A DNA stretch of 64,000 nucleotides, taken from contig CM082581.2 of NCBI GenBank assembly GCA_040954595.2, positions 5,634,699-5,698,698 on the forward strand, written 5' to 3'. Positions 26,901 to 40,400 of the stretch are shown piece after piece. The stretch comes from Balanoglossus misakiensis. Lineage: Eukaryota > Animalia > Hemichordata. Within the stretch, counting starts at the first letter, position 1; the number at the start of each line of letters is the position of its first letter. The notes beneath the pieces are model-generated. The model ran no database searches, was not told the DNA's origin, and saw only the letters and a list, made by a program, of their open reading frames with translations. Both the position numbers and the translations under genes were made by a program.

Positions 26901-29193
26901 AAATGCCTTTACCGGTAATTCCCTTCAGGGCATTGAAATCTCACCAGCTGGTGGCCACAAAAAGCCTCCTATGCAATTGCAACTATTCGAGAAGTTCCTA
27001 TCAAGAAGATGATGAAACACAAAACAAACAGTCGCGCTGCTAAATTGCATGGGTTGTTTTCAAGTGCTGCGAAATTCCTCGCTGAAGCCACAACGGGCCT
27101 ACTTCGAAAATGTTGCACCAATCAACCCTGCAATGTCAGCCATCTCTGCCAAATTGTCCCTGAACTACTACCATACTGTGCAACTCAGATTATTCAATTG
27201 ACTGGGGTAGAAGGGATCTTTACAGACTTCATGGTTAGTGGCAAAGTGTTGCTCAGCTGGTGAACGTATGAAAGGCGAGTCTTTCTAAGACATCACCAAG
27301 CATTGGCCATTCTCATTTCAAAGCCAATGTCACATCTATGACTTCATAACATCACCATCAGACAGGCCTGCTGAAATGAATCTCTGCCCATGCTTCCATG
27401 ATCGACTCCGAACAACTGATGATGATGCACTGACCACAAATTTGACACCAAATTTTGACTGTTTACGGGCCATAAAGAAATTTGGATGCACAGCTACAAA
27501 ATAAACTTTCAAAAACTGCTGGTTCGTATATTGTACCAGTAGATCTCATCCATGGCTGGTGGAATGATCACCACCATCTGCTAGTCCACAAAATTTTCAC
27601 TAGTGCTGGTAGAACAGTGTCTGTAAGTTTAACTTCCACCCATACAGCCACAACCGTATATTCAGTATTTCAAACCATAACCAAACCATAATGAATGCCT
27701 TAGTTTATTCCAGTGTTTACTAATCTTGAATTTAAAATGATGCTTGCCAAACACCACAGTATTAGCGTACCTGTTTGCTTTGACATCAAATCTATTCAAC
27801 TGAGACATGTCTGACCGAGTACAACATGTGCTGACTCAGGAACAATAAATATCAGACATGCCTACAGGTTGACACCTTGAAACGCAACTGTACTACAAGA
27901 CAAAGGGATTACTTTTATGCATTTGTCATTTTAAAACGGACAAATCCATAAAAAGCCACGGGCACAGTATAACAGAGCGCAAACTGGCTTTTGTGAGAAT
28001 GGCAATGCCTATTGGACATGAAGTGATTTTATAATATACATGCAGTAGTCACTCTATCAGCTTTGGAAAGAAATGATTCATGATTTAGACACGAATTGTT
28101 GTCAGCTAAGTCACCAGATCCAACTGTGAACGTGTATGCTCCCAGTTCAAAAAGAAAACACCCCCAAGGAGAAGTCTTGGGCAATAGCAAACATAACAAT
28201 GCCTGTACCCTGAATCACAAAATGACATATAGAAACTCATTGTCAGTCAATTGTCCTTGTACCTTTTCTAACAGAAACTGGGTTACATACAGCAAGTTTG
28301 AGTTTTTTACTGGACAGATGCGGGGAACAGATGGCTGAAACGACAGATGGACGTTCCGATTCCAGAATTATCCAGCGGACACACAAAAAAGTTCTCCTGA
28401 CCCACTGCTGCTTGTACTAACGCTAACACAACCCTACATCACGGAGCAGAAAGCAGATCACAATCCCCTCCCAAATGAATAAACATCATTCTCCCTGACC
28501 ACTGAACTACCGGACATGAAACATTAGTGTGACACACTATAACGTCTGTACTTTGAAATAAATTCGGCATCTTTGGTTACAACAAGGAAACATATACAGA
28601 TGAACTCTGAACCCTGGCATATGAATTTCAAATTAAACCTGTATATGTTACTTGTTAGACGCCGAAGGAAGTCCTGAAATGCAACAGATGTCTTGAAATC
28701 ATTGTTTGAGTGTTTTCCTATTCAGCAGTCCCCAACAAAGTAATATTTTTTTTTCAAAAACAGACGGTAAAGGAAACCTTAAGAATCTATCAACAAATTG
28801 GATTCCTATTAGGCTTGTTTCATAAATGAAGCCAATTCACTTCATATTTGAAAATAAAATACTTTGACCAGGGCTAACCAATCATTACCACCAACCTGGC
28901 ACATAAACCAGTCAGTACAACACGACATCAGGAGTTAATTGGCCAATATGTCTATCAACACACCTGAACTACATGTAGCCACCTTTTACAACCAACATAA
29001 CACCCTGTAAAGCTAACAATTGTGATTGCGTTTGGTGGAGTGTTTTCATTGCATATAAAGAGCATACATTTGTGTCAACATTGCGTGCTGTTTCCACTTG
29101 TTGAAGGCGTTCCCTGAATCCTACGCAATCATTTCAACTCGAGTTTAGTCGACAATTTAGCCTGTCAACAGTTCCTTGTGCCGTGTCTTTATT

Positions 29194-29285
29194 TTAACTC
29201 TTTCACCCCACTTCCATCTTTAGAGGTCCAACCGTACCATACAAAACAATGGGTTTGGACTGAACAATGGCGGCGAAAGGGTTAA
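29194..29285. mobile_element. ~90-bp TTAA-flanked MITE (piggyBac-like target site)
   Basis: TTAACTCTTTCACCCC ... GGCGGCGAAAGGGTTAA; short TIRs, TTAA at both ends; second copy at 20847. Confidence 0.75.
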
Positions 29286-32200
29286 ACTAGTGATACAGTC
29301 ATTAGGTTGGATATCTCTGAAGCAAGTGCCTTTGGATAGGAGCTTACTGTTGTATTAGATTTTCCCATCACTATCAGTGTGTGCATAAGGCACCAGGCAA
29401 GTCGCACCAAATTTTCAAAGCTCGCCAAACAAAATAAAAGCCCAGAGCAACACAAGCAGCTGTTGACAGTCTACATGTATCAACCAAAAACCCAGTGTTC
29501 AATGCCTGCTCTACTATACACTGCCCATCACATCATATAATTGTGAAAGTCTGGTGGCTGCTGTACCAGAAAACCACTGTCGGCAGAATGATGGCTTTAT
29601 TGATTCCCAGACTTAACCTTCTAACTAGGTCCCTTTTTGGACAGAAAGAAATTCCATATCGTGAATCTCATTGTATCAATGGATTTCTGTTAAGAGTAGA
29701 AACCCACTGAGTGAATGATGTTATCACGACGAACATCAGCTGTGCCCACACCCTGTGTAGAAAGCATGCATCTAATCAGATGCATTCAGAATCTCTCTGA
29801 TAACGCAGTTACAGTGTCAATGTAATGATTAATTTCAGAGTTTTAATGTAACGGAACCACAGAGAGCAACCATGGTTAAGTTCAACGGAAAACCATCAGC
29901 CTATTTCTATATTTCTTGCAATACACTGTATACTGTAAATCTGGGAACGCAAACACACAGAGTGACATTGAAAGAGTCCTTGCAAACAGTCAGAACTTAA
30001 AATATTGACTGTGTCCAGGGACAAATATACTCTCCTCTCAACAAGGTGACCTACAAATTCAAAAAATCCAGAGTAATGTAGTGTACTATGATTTCGCATT
30101 GGTTAAGCTATAATGCCATACTTTCTCTAACCATTAAATTTCATATACCATTGTGGATTTTCACACCAGTCACACAAAATTTAATTTAAAATCCTCTGAT
30201 CAGGACTGACCAAAAACTATGAAATACATGCTGTTAAGAGCAACTACATGTATTGCCAAGTCAACAGTTAATTCCATGAAGTTACATGGAGAACATATCT
30301 ATTGTGTGTAGAAACTGCAGTCTTTGCAGGAGAGAGAGGGAGCACTCAATTTATTCCCGACAACTGACTGGATCTTTGAATTCTCTCGGAAAACCACATT
30401 ATAACAAGATGGAAGCTCAAATTTTCCTAGTCACAAATATCTGTCGCAAAAATTCTATTACTGGTGTAATTCTTTGTCGGATTTTCGCCATTGTATTTTT
30501 CACCCATTTTGAAGACGTCAGATTTAACATGAAATTCCTGGTATTGCCAGCCAGCCACTGTTTCAAAATTCACGCATGTCATCACTACATAAACACACAG
30601 CATTACCATATATGGTCATGCAGCTACACACATGCACGTACCACGATAAAATTTGCTACTTTTACGGCAATAACTTGTCGAAGCTGTTAAATTTAGAAAA
30701 TTTTACAAACCACCAATTTTTTACGTTATAAAACTATATATTCTAGTTATAAAATTCCGCTCACAAGCAATTTATAACCTAAAACTCAGTTTCAAATGCA
30801 AAATATCTCTCCCTCTCCTAAACTTTATGATTATCAAACCTATAGTTTACTACAGGATGAAAAAAGCATTGTCAATTTTCCACAAAGGAAATAAGACAAG
30901 GAGACATTTGATGAAACAGTATCAGATTAGATTTCATTTAACAGCGTGGTCCTGAAAAATACACAAACTGCTGATATTTTTCACAACACCACAAACACGT
31001 TCAGCTGGTGTGATTTTTTAAAACTACACTTGCCAATTATAAATATCGATTTTAAACCACATGTACGAAAGGAATGATTGAATTTTTTCTTAGTAAATTC
31101 AAAGTTTCAGCATCCCTGATTTTTAGACGTTGCTTCTTTCTTTTCATTATTTTATCCCTTCCCCAAAAATGAATTTGAAAGCATATGTTCTCACAACATA
31201 TGCCTAATCATTATCACCTAAGTCTTTGTAAGTGTGAGCACTATTGACAGAGAGACCTGTAACATGCAAATGTGTTACGCAGTCCTTATTAGTCAACATC
31301 CCAAAAAAACTGGCCTCAAAAGAAACTGTCTCCAGATAAGAAAAATTGAATTCTATTCAGTATTTCCATGTGGATTTACTTTCTAAAAATCTGACTGATT
31401 GATTGAGACAAGGTCAATGTCAGTAACTTGAATAGTAGAGTGGAGTTTAATGTCAAGGTGCATGTATGGTGCGCTCGCTTGTAAAGACCCTGTCAATAGG
31501 CGTAGCAGCCATATTGGCTTGTGAGCTGGCAAATCAATGCTGTCTTTTGTTTGCACAATTCCCCACAAAAGAAATCAGAATGTCTTTCAACGAAGCAGTA
31601 TACCAGTGTGAAAGTACAAAATTACAGTTTTGATTTCTGGGTAGGTTTAGTTTGCAAGTTGGTAAGTCATTACAGGACGTATTTCCCGGCTGGTTTTTAG
31701 TTCTATTTTTAGCCTTGGGCTACATGAATACATAATAGGCTTGGGTTATGTTAGCTATGCGCTGGGCCCTAGCTAGCTGTCATTTAAAAATGGAACACAA
31801 GGACTTGTTTTTTTTTTCACTGTACATTTTCTGTCAAATTAGAATTTCAACTCTGGGATAGCCGGAGGTGCTCTCGATATACATTGTTACACCAGGGCTT
31901 GTAACAACGGCTGGAAAAATGACCGGAAAGAGTAAAATTGAGCAGTTTTTTCGTAGAGACAAGACGACAACAGTGGGAGTGGTAAAGTTACCAAATGTGT
32001 GCGTGAATCACTGGCAGCCATGTTGGTTTGACCCTCACCAACATACCATACCAGCTTGAAGTGTTAACTCGACTTACCTCTGCACCGCACCGCATTTCAC
32101 CAGAGTTCGCCGTGGTTGTAAAAACAGCAGAGAAAAGGAATTACAAGTGAAATGTTACAAGCAACTGACAAACTGGTGTCGGCCAATTCTGAAATCCACC

Positions 32201-32573
32201 AGGCCTTTGACATACTGTTATTGTTGCCAATTTTACTACGTAGTATTGTGTAATACACATGTTTGAATTTGATTGCAATGAGTTGCTTGTGACAGAGTCG
32301 AAACCAACCCAAGTCTGCTGAAAATTTAATCTTTGGTCTCGTTCCTCAGAATCAAAATCAACATGACATATTTGTTTTCAAAGTAAATTTGCTTGATATA
32401 TTTTACTGTCAAATTTGATGCAACAATACAATAGTTACATGGCCTGTAGATACAGCCGGCAACTACTTTCTTGTAATTCTTTGTCTCTGTGTAACCTGTT
32501 GCAAAAAAAAAAAAAAATTGTCGTCACATATAACATCACAATACCTACCTGTTGTATACCTGTTACTGCCTTT

Positions 32574-34422
32574 TTATGACACTTCGAACATGGTGTTGAG
32601 TTGCTTCACTTCCCTGGAGAGGTCTTTACAGGCCTGGGTGGCTTGCTTGATGGCCTCCCGGTACGGACCCCTCTTCTTCTTCTTGTGGCGCTTCTGGAAA
32701 GCCTCCAGGAAGGGGTGGACGTCGATGCACGGCATGTACGAGGCCGTGGACGAGGCGAACCAGGCTATCTTCGCCTCCTGGTTGAACATGGTGCCGGTGT
32801 CGTTGCGGGTGATGGTGATGGCCACCACCCGGCCGGGCCACCACGGGAAACCCTGGATCTTGCCCCACACCACGTCGCCGACGCAGGTGGTCCGGCCGTC
32901 CGGCGTGGTGCACTTGGTGACGTTCTTCTTGTGGATGCGGACGGTCAGCGAGGGCCTCGGCTCGTTCTCCTGCTCCGGTCTCCGTTCCCGGTCCTCTTCC
33001 ACGTCGGAACTGGGAAAGTCGTACGGATCGCTGAGAGTGAGATGACCACTCCTGTCTGACACGTGCGACGACAACGAAGACTGTTCGCTACTCACAGACG
33101 CCGCCGAATCGTCCGAGTTCTTATTCTTCTGCGTCGGCAGATTGGCGAGAACGGGTTTCCACGGTTTCAACTTGTTCTTGTCTTTGGGCTTCTTAAGCTT
33201 TGTCCTGAAAATCAAGCGGTTATTGCTCGTGTCCACGTGATACGGTTTGTCCATCTCAACAGGGATGTTCTGATCGCCGGTCGCCGAAGAGATTTCAGAA
33301 TCAGAATCATCAAAATCATACTCCCTATAATCTAAACGCTCCTTCTTATTCGCACGTTCCTTTTTGTGTTTCTTGTAATTGTCTTGTACCCTATGATTCA
33401 TGATACCGTTCACAATGATAGGGGTTGTCGACTTGAGTTGTATCATATCCTTCGCTTTCTTCAGGACTTTCCTCGCTTTTTCGTAGTCGTTGTGACTGAG
33501 CTTGTCACTTGAAGTGATGGTAGTGTGGTGCGTGCGGGGAGGTATTTTCAACACCCTCCCTTTCCCATGGGGAGTGGCAAAGGATATCTTGATGAGGGGA
33601 CTGGTTCTGGTAATTGTCTGTGTTTCAACTTTGTTTGTCTGCGTTTCAACTTTGATGTCTTTCTTCTTCAGTCTTTTCACTTCCTTGTGCTTCGCCACAC
33701 CGGTCTCCGCTTTCCTTTTCCTAATTTCTACTTTTGGACTTTGGTTATTGGCTGCTTGGGGAGCAGTCGGTGGCATCCTGGTAAGGCCACTTTTGGCAAT
33801 CACAGAATTCTGACTGCACATGCCCTTGCACTTGGAACACAGCACTTGTCGTGGTCTCAACCTTATGTGCCTAGTTCTCTCGTATTTGTCTTTTGACATA
33901 CCCCTGGAAACATATCTGCGAGGTTTGAGGATTGGTCTGGGAGGGGGCTGAGGCATGTCTTGTCCATAAGTATGCCTGTAACTGAGAGATGATGGCTCCC
34001 AAGTTTTGCCAGTTTCTGGATCGAGTTGCAACGTTTCTGGTGATGTTGGGTCGGTTTGAATGCTAATTTCTGCCTTCAAACCCGACAAACGAGCTGCTGG
34101 AATCCCAAAGGGGCCATCCCTGAAATACCAACATTAACCCCGTGAGATTCCCACACTTGGACAAAGTAAAAAAAGTTTCATTTCAATTTTTTTATTAGAA
34201 TGAGGTTTTTAAAAACTTCCAATCCCTGATCACATCCCATGCGAGAAAAAATTAGTTGTAAGAGCGAACTCCGACTTACTTTTTTGACGTATCGAGCAGG
34301 ACTCCCCTGAATATTCGCTCGCCGTGGTGGAACGACACAACGAGCAGGTCTTCGAGAGCTTCCTCGATTTGCACGCCAACTTCAGCGCCCTTTTTCACGC
34401 CTTCCATGATACCGGACGCCAT
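32574..34422 (-). CDS. PWWP2A: PWWP domain-containing protein 2 (PWWP2A/PWWP2B pro-ortholog), 562 aa
   Basis: Exons 34422-34280 and 34119-32574 in frame. Family motifs LVVSF.HGER.F.GVLLD..K.DGPFGIP, TY.Q..PQPPPR, RLRPRQVLCSKCK, PLIKISF.TP.GKG.V.KIP.R, and C-terminal PWWP domain GDVVWGKIQGFPWWPGRV. Confidence 0.95.
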
Positions 34423-37400
34423 TTCAACCCCAGCACCAAATACAACAACATCCCTGAATTATATACGTCTGCGCGTGCGCAGTCCGGGTTGATCGGGCAC
34501 TCGGAAGCCCCTTTTCGCTGGCCCCTCGGTTTACTTTTGCAGAAAAACGCACCCTATAACAACGTTTCTACTCATTCAAATCATTCTTCAAACTTAAAAT
34601 ATTCCCACGATTAAAATTAAGATGAAAACTATGATACCAGATCGAATATTTTCATTTCCCATAAGTCACTGTATATCTCTGCCTGACCACATAGCTTAAC
34701 CTAAATTCAGTGACTTTAGTCCTGAAATCTTTTTCGAAATAAATTTCACTGCTAAATTCTCAATGAATACTCTCTCTGAAATGTACATTGTGTACAAAAA
34801 CCTGGACTATATCATTCAAACAAACAAGCAATAAAAATTACAATTGGCAAGATTAACAATTATTTTCAGAAATTTTATTAGACATTTTCCGTGTGTGAAT
34901 TCGAACACTGCATTGTAAAACTAATAAATATTTTATTTCAACCCAATTTCAAACATGATAAGATAATGTACAGCAATAATATCTCAAACCAATCAAAATT
35001 GGTCAGACAAGTACATGTACTTCATTTTAAACTGTCAAAAAAATGTACACACTAATACCCATGGAATGTATGTGAAGGCAATGTCAAAATCTGGACGGAA
35101 TATGCTTTGTAAAACACATGTAATAAAAAGTTCTTCACATTACACCAACTCGGCTAGCAGTAACCTAAATATTTTACTAATCACACTCAACAGCTGTATT
35201 TTTCAAAACAAAATACATGTACCGACCTCTTTCAAAATGTTAGAAATAGGAATAGATCAAGGTGAGATTTTTAATTCAAACTTGATCCCGGCGTTCAAAC
35301 AGTGCATACAACACCTATGGCTTTATTCACATTATAGTCCTCAAGTCGGGTTCAGTAAATGTGTCACAATATTAGCAATGTAGAACCTTTCCAGTTATAA
35401 ATATGAACAAACTATAACACATGTCTTCACAACGAAACAGTCTTATATGAAAACTATAGTACTTTTCAAATAAACACACTTCAACAATAATAAATATAAT
35501 CGCTAAAAAAAACAATGAAAATCTGTATTTTCATTGGTAAGTGGTGGAAATTTTAATTCATGAAATTTCTCGTTTGAAACACGCAAGTAATCTGAAAATT
35601 CTGTCTGGTTGAAGGCATTTTTGCAAATACATGTGCGAGTGATCTGTGGTTAAAATAAGAAAAACTGAAAATCACATCTCTCCTGAGTCTTTTCTGACAA
35701 AAGAACAGCAACTTGGACAGTACCAGAAGGCACTGGATGCAGATTTGAAATTTAAAATTTGGTCATCCGTGGCAGACCGGTGATTTTCTGTGTGTCGCAG
35801 TGACTGTCATCACTGCGTACATGTCAAGATTGACCAGTGACCACAAAAACGATATCCTAGACAAGTCATGAATCCTCTAAGGACCTTCTCTCAGTGTTTT
35901 TCGTCATAGAATTCGCACTGGAACGTGTCCAAATCAGCTTGAAACAGTGAGACACTTTTCACAGTCGACACAACAAAATGGCCGCACAGCGCAGTGCAGG
36001 CGTAGTCGTGAAACACCCCTTTGTGCTGGAGGGGCCCCCTTTGACAAGGTCATGTGTTTATCATCTGAAGTGGCAGGTTGCAAAGAACAAACAGTGTCAA
36101 TCAAAGTGGCATGAATAGAATGACAACAGTTGAATGGCTAACACAACAAAAGGTTAAAGGTCGAGACACCTGGTCACTGTCAGGAACTGAACACAACTGA
36201 AAAATTAGGAAATCCCTGAGCAAAAGTCATCAATAATTGCAATAGTTTCATGATAAAAAAAGTGGGCGAAATTCCACAAAGACAGCTTGCTGGGCACAGT
36301 CTGTGCTCTGTCAATAATTCGGGAATTTGATACAAGTAAAATCAGACTTATAATTTGTTTTAAGCAAAAATAATATGTCATCATAATTTTTATCATGACA
36401 TATGATCATCATATGCCATAAAAACCATGATGTCAATACTAGATTTTTACATTTATGTATTTACAATAAATTTTTATTTCACTGATGATTTCACTATGAT
36501 TGCTAATCACACCTCCGTTTGGTTCGAAACTTCAGGTTTTAACAAATTTTTCTTCCAATCAACACAGTCATTAGAAGAAGTAACATATGTACACAGTGCT
36601 GAAAAAGCTTTGGAGTTCAGTATTTGTAAAACTGTAAAATGGTACATCACTGCTGGACCGTGGGTCCCATGTAGTAATCAATGCTAAATGCCCCTTCAAG
36701 TGTACTAAAACACATACTCTAAATAGCAGTATGACAATTCGAGAAAATTGTTTAAATAATTGGTTTCCATGGAAATAGAGAGTCACGGTAGCTTGGTCTT
36801 GAGATCTCCAAGAACACTTGCAAAATGTCATCGTCGCTGTGTTCATCTGAGGTTAATGCATGTTGCGCCGTCCTCACTAAGATGGACACAGCACACAAAC
36901 TAATGGCACTATAAAGAATAAAATTGGCTTTTACAAGATAATTTATCTGGATGTCTAATACGTTGCGTTTATCCTGGTTGTATGTGGGCTGCGTCAACTG
37001 TACGCTGTATTCAGACATCTTTATAAATACACATGCAATTTAAAAGTACACATATACACAGCAGACTTTTGTGTACACATTTCAAGCACAACTGTTGTTT
37101 GATATGCATGACATTACCCAAAACAGAGAGGAAGATTTTTTATTATTGTTGAAAAGGGTTCTTTAATTACGTTGTTATGTTTCGTTCAACTCCATAGGCA
37201 CTACCGGTACATGTATATGACATGCATTCCAAACAAATATTCCACTGCATGCTGACATTACAAATTTAATCTGGGCTGGATCTTTGAAATATTTCAACCA
37301 TTCCACGTTGAATGAACGTCATTCCAAATCAGAAACTCAAATAAATGCCGTTTTCATTCCATGTGACATTTGAAATGTGAATTTTAATGACATTAACATC

Positions 37401-40400
37401 ATTTCCAAATTGGGAATTACCCAGAACTGTCATTTGGGTTCCATGTGACATACAAAATGTTAATTATGCAATTAGGATTGCTGTAATTTTTGGGGGTATT
37501 GAACACATCAATAATTAAATTCAGGTTACCAAGCAGAAATACTATACTTCTACTGTACTATAAAATCATTGATAAGTTTCATGTGTCTTCCGGTAACCTT
37601 TTGAATGCTGATCTTCCATTAGTTCTCTTGTCATAAAATTCAGAGATCTCTTCAGACCGGAAATGGGCGAGGCATTGTCGTCTGTTTACACCTGATGGCG
37701 CAGCCAGGCTACACAGAAAATATGTCCATTTTATTTTTGTCTAATCCTGTAAAAAAGAAGAAGGAGTCAAATATTAAAAAATATGCATGTATTTGCTATG
37801 TACAGCTTGTCTGCAAATGCTGGATATAAACAGTGCATGACGCCACAAAAACACAGTTGGCTGTGAATAAACTTATAACTCAGTCTCCTTGATACATAAT
37901 TGTCTCAGAAGCTTTCTGTGTGAACAGATTCTTGAGTAACTTAAGGTAAGAGAATAAGAGAAAAATTCAGATCAGAAGTCGCTTTCTTGCTTCTGTCCAC
38001 ATCAACAAGCTAATAATTGAGTATGCACAAGACACAGCCTTGTAAAAGGGAATGATTACTTTAATAATGAATTTCTAAGGGCCAGCCATGTCAACAAATA
38101 AAATTATCACATTATCTTTCTCTACATTCATTCAAAATTAAAATCTGAATGGTCGACACCCCGATGCACCCAGAAACTGTGATTTAAGTTATTCATGATG
38201 TTCTGTTGGGAAATTTTACGGGAACCGTATCAGTTTCTTCTGTAGAGAGAAAAATTACATTTGCCTGGTCGAAACAAACCATTACTGGATGACAATGAAC
38301 ACACGATCATGCCAAGAGTTTAAATTAAATCAAGAGAAACATTTCCTTGGTGAGATGCATACCTATAGGAGATGGAATTTCGGAGAAATGTGGAAATTCT
38401 GAATTTGATTAACCAAGTGACATGAAATGCACTTTTCACCAGGAAATAAACTCTTGTGTAGTCAAGTCAATGAGCTTTGATCACCATTGCCAAACTGAAG
38501 TGCATACATGGCCCTATTTATATAAACCTACAAAACGGATATGCTACACTTTGATGATAAAAAAATAATAATCTCTGTTCACACATCAAATGTATCAAGA
38601 GAATAAATTCATTAAATTTTATTTATACATTTTTTCATACTGTCTCATCTACTTTATGAGAATTTCTTTGACCATTTATTAAGCCATGTTTCTGACTTTA
38701 ATTACATCTAACACAGATATCGCAAACCAGCAAATTAGTCATCAAAAATTTCAACTTCAACTTGATTTTTTTCTCTGATTCATAAAAATTAGCAACAGTA
38801 TAAAGCTAAGCTCCTGTTTCCAGTCCTGTATAGACCACAGACCCCAGAGAGAGGGACCATGAATAGACCAACTCACATGGATAACAATGAACGCTTGGAC
38901 AATGAGTGTGTGGAAGAGATAACAGTGTATTGTATGGCACAGCTGCCCCCCTCCTAATTTGCATATACTATCTTGATATTCACACACAGGCCATCAGAAC
39001 ATTGACACCTGTCTGTTTTAGCAAACCCTCACTGTCATCAGCAAAGTCATATTTGAAGAAAAAAAATATTGAGATTTATGGAAATTGAAATCAGAGTGCT
39101 TTGATGGTTTGCAGTTGCAAATGAGCGTGTTCTATTAACGTGGTAGAAGGACATAATTTATCTTTTTTCTCTCTTTCTCTATTTTCAAAATTCCGCTGTA
39201 CAATTCGTATGCACATATCATTAGCAATTGAGTTTGCCTGATGACAGCTACTGCATGCTGTTGACAGCACTGCTATGCTGGAAACCACCAAATCATCAGA
39301 TTCTGAATCACTGGCAATTTACACAACATCACTGAAATAATCAGAAGCCTTGACCATGATGGAGTGCTGCTTCCGAGCACACACTTGGCAGGCACAAATC
39401 AACTTCTTTTGTTTCAGTGGACATTTTTTTTCAACTGACACCATGATTTTATTAATTGAAATAAAGGAAAATTCAGCTGTTCGGAGTAGGCGAGAGGTTG
39501 ATTCGTCATCCTCTCAGTGACTCATCCAACTCAAAGATGACTGCCAAACTCTCATCACCAGGGGCAACCGAGACACACGGACATCAAACCGATGTAGTGG
39601 AAAGGAAATGAGTCACTTTCCAAAGTCAAGAGTTTGCAGTGCTTTTATTATTTTTTTGTAATAAAACATAAAATGTTTATTACAGTACTCAGTATTACAT
39701 GCAGGCATTGAACTGTAATGGGGTAGGGAATATCGCAGACTTTGAACTCTCCAGTTTATTGAGCTGGGATACCTCTGCAGACCTAACTTTATGACTGGAA
39801 TTAAAGCTCTTAGATCTACAGACTGCAGCTGTGCTCACTTGATTTAAAACAGCCATTAATATCAATGGGCAAAACCATTTCATTCCAAATGTATGTAAAT
39901 AATGTTAATATTAAAACCAAAACAAATTTGAATAAAATATGGATACAGTCCAAATCATCTGCATTTTTTTTCAAACTAACTTGAATAAGGTTTTTGACTT
40001 GTTGTCGATGATTAATACTTAACTATTATTTCTTGATTAAAAAGCAACCACAATTGGTCTCCATCACATTAGCATATTCACTCATTAACTGAGCTTATCA
40101 AAGCTGTCTGTGAATTTGGACTAATTTGTTGATGTTGAACTTGACTGCACCTTATCACCTGCCCATAATGCTGGTTCAAATGAACTTTTTCTAGGATTAT
40201 TTTACATCTAGATATTTTCCAAAAAAAAACAGGGCTGGGCCAAGAGATGACAAACTGATGCAAACGCAAGTAATATGGCTCAATGGTGACGATTTTAGAG
40301 GATAGGGAATATATTTGAAGTATTTTACTGTGGCAAAAAAATATGTGAAATTTGGCAGCTATAGGGGCTTTAAAATGTAGCGTTACACAGGGTGTTGTTT

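Noticed and set aside
16500-32300. Many 60-140 aa ORFs in the spacer
   Set aside because: Mostly non-ATG starts, no domains, AT-rich non-coding composition, no consistent in-frame exon chain.
32518-33896. Long antisense and alternate-frame ORFs over PWWP2 (also over 57523-59050 and 62570-63394)
   Set aside because: Expected shadows of GC-rich coding exons; no independent motifs.
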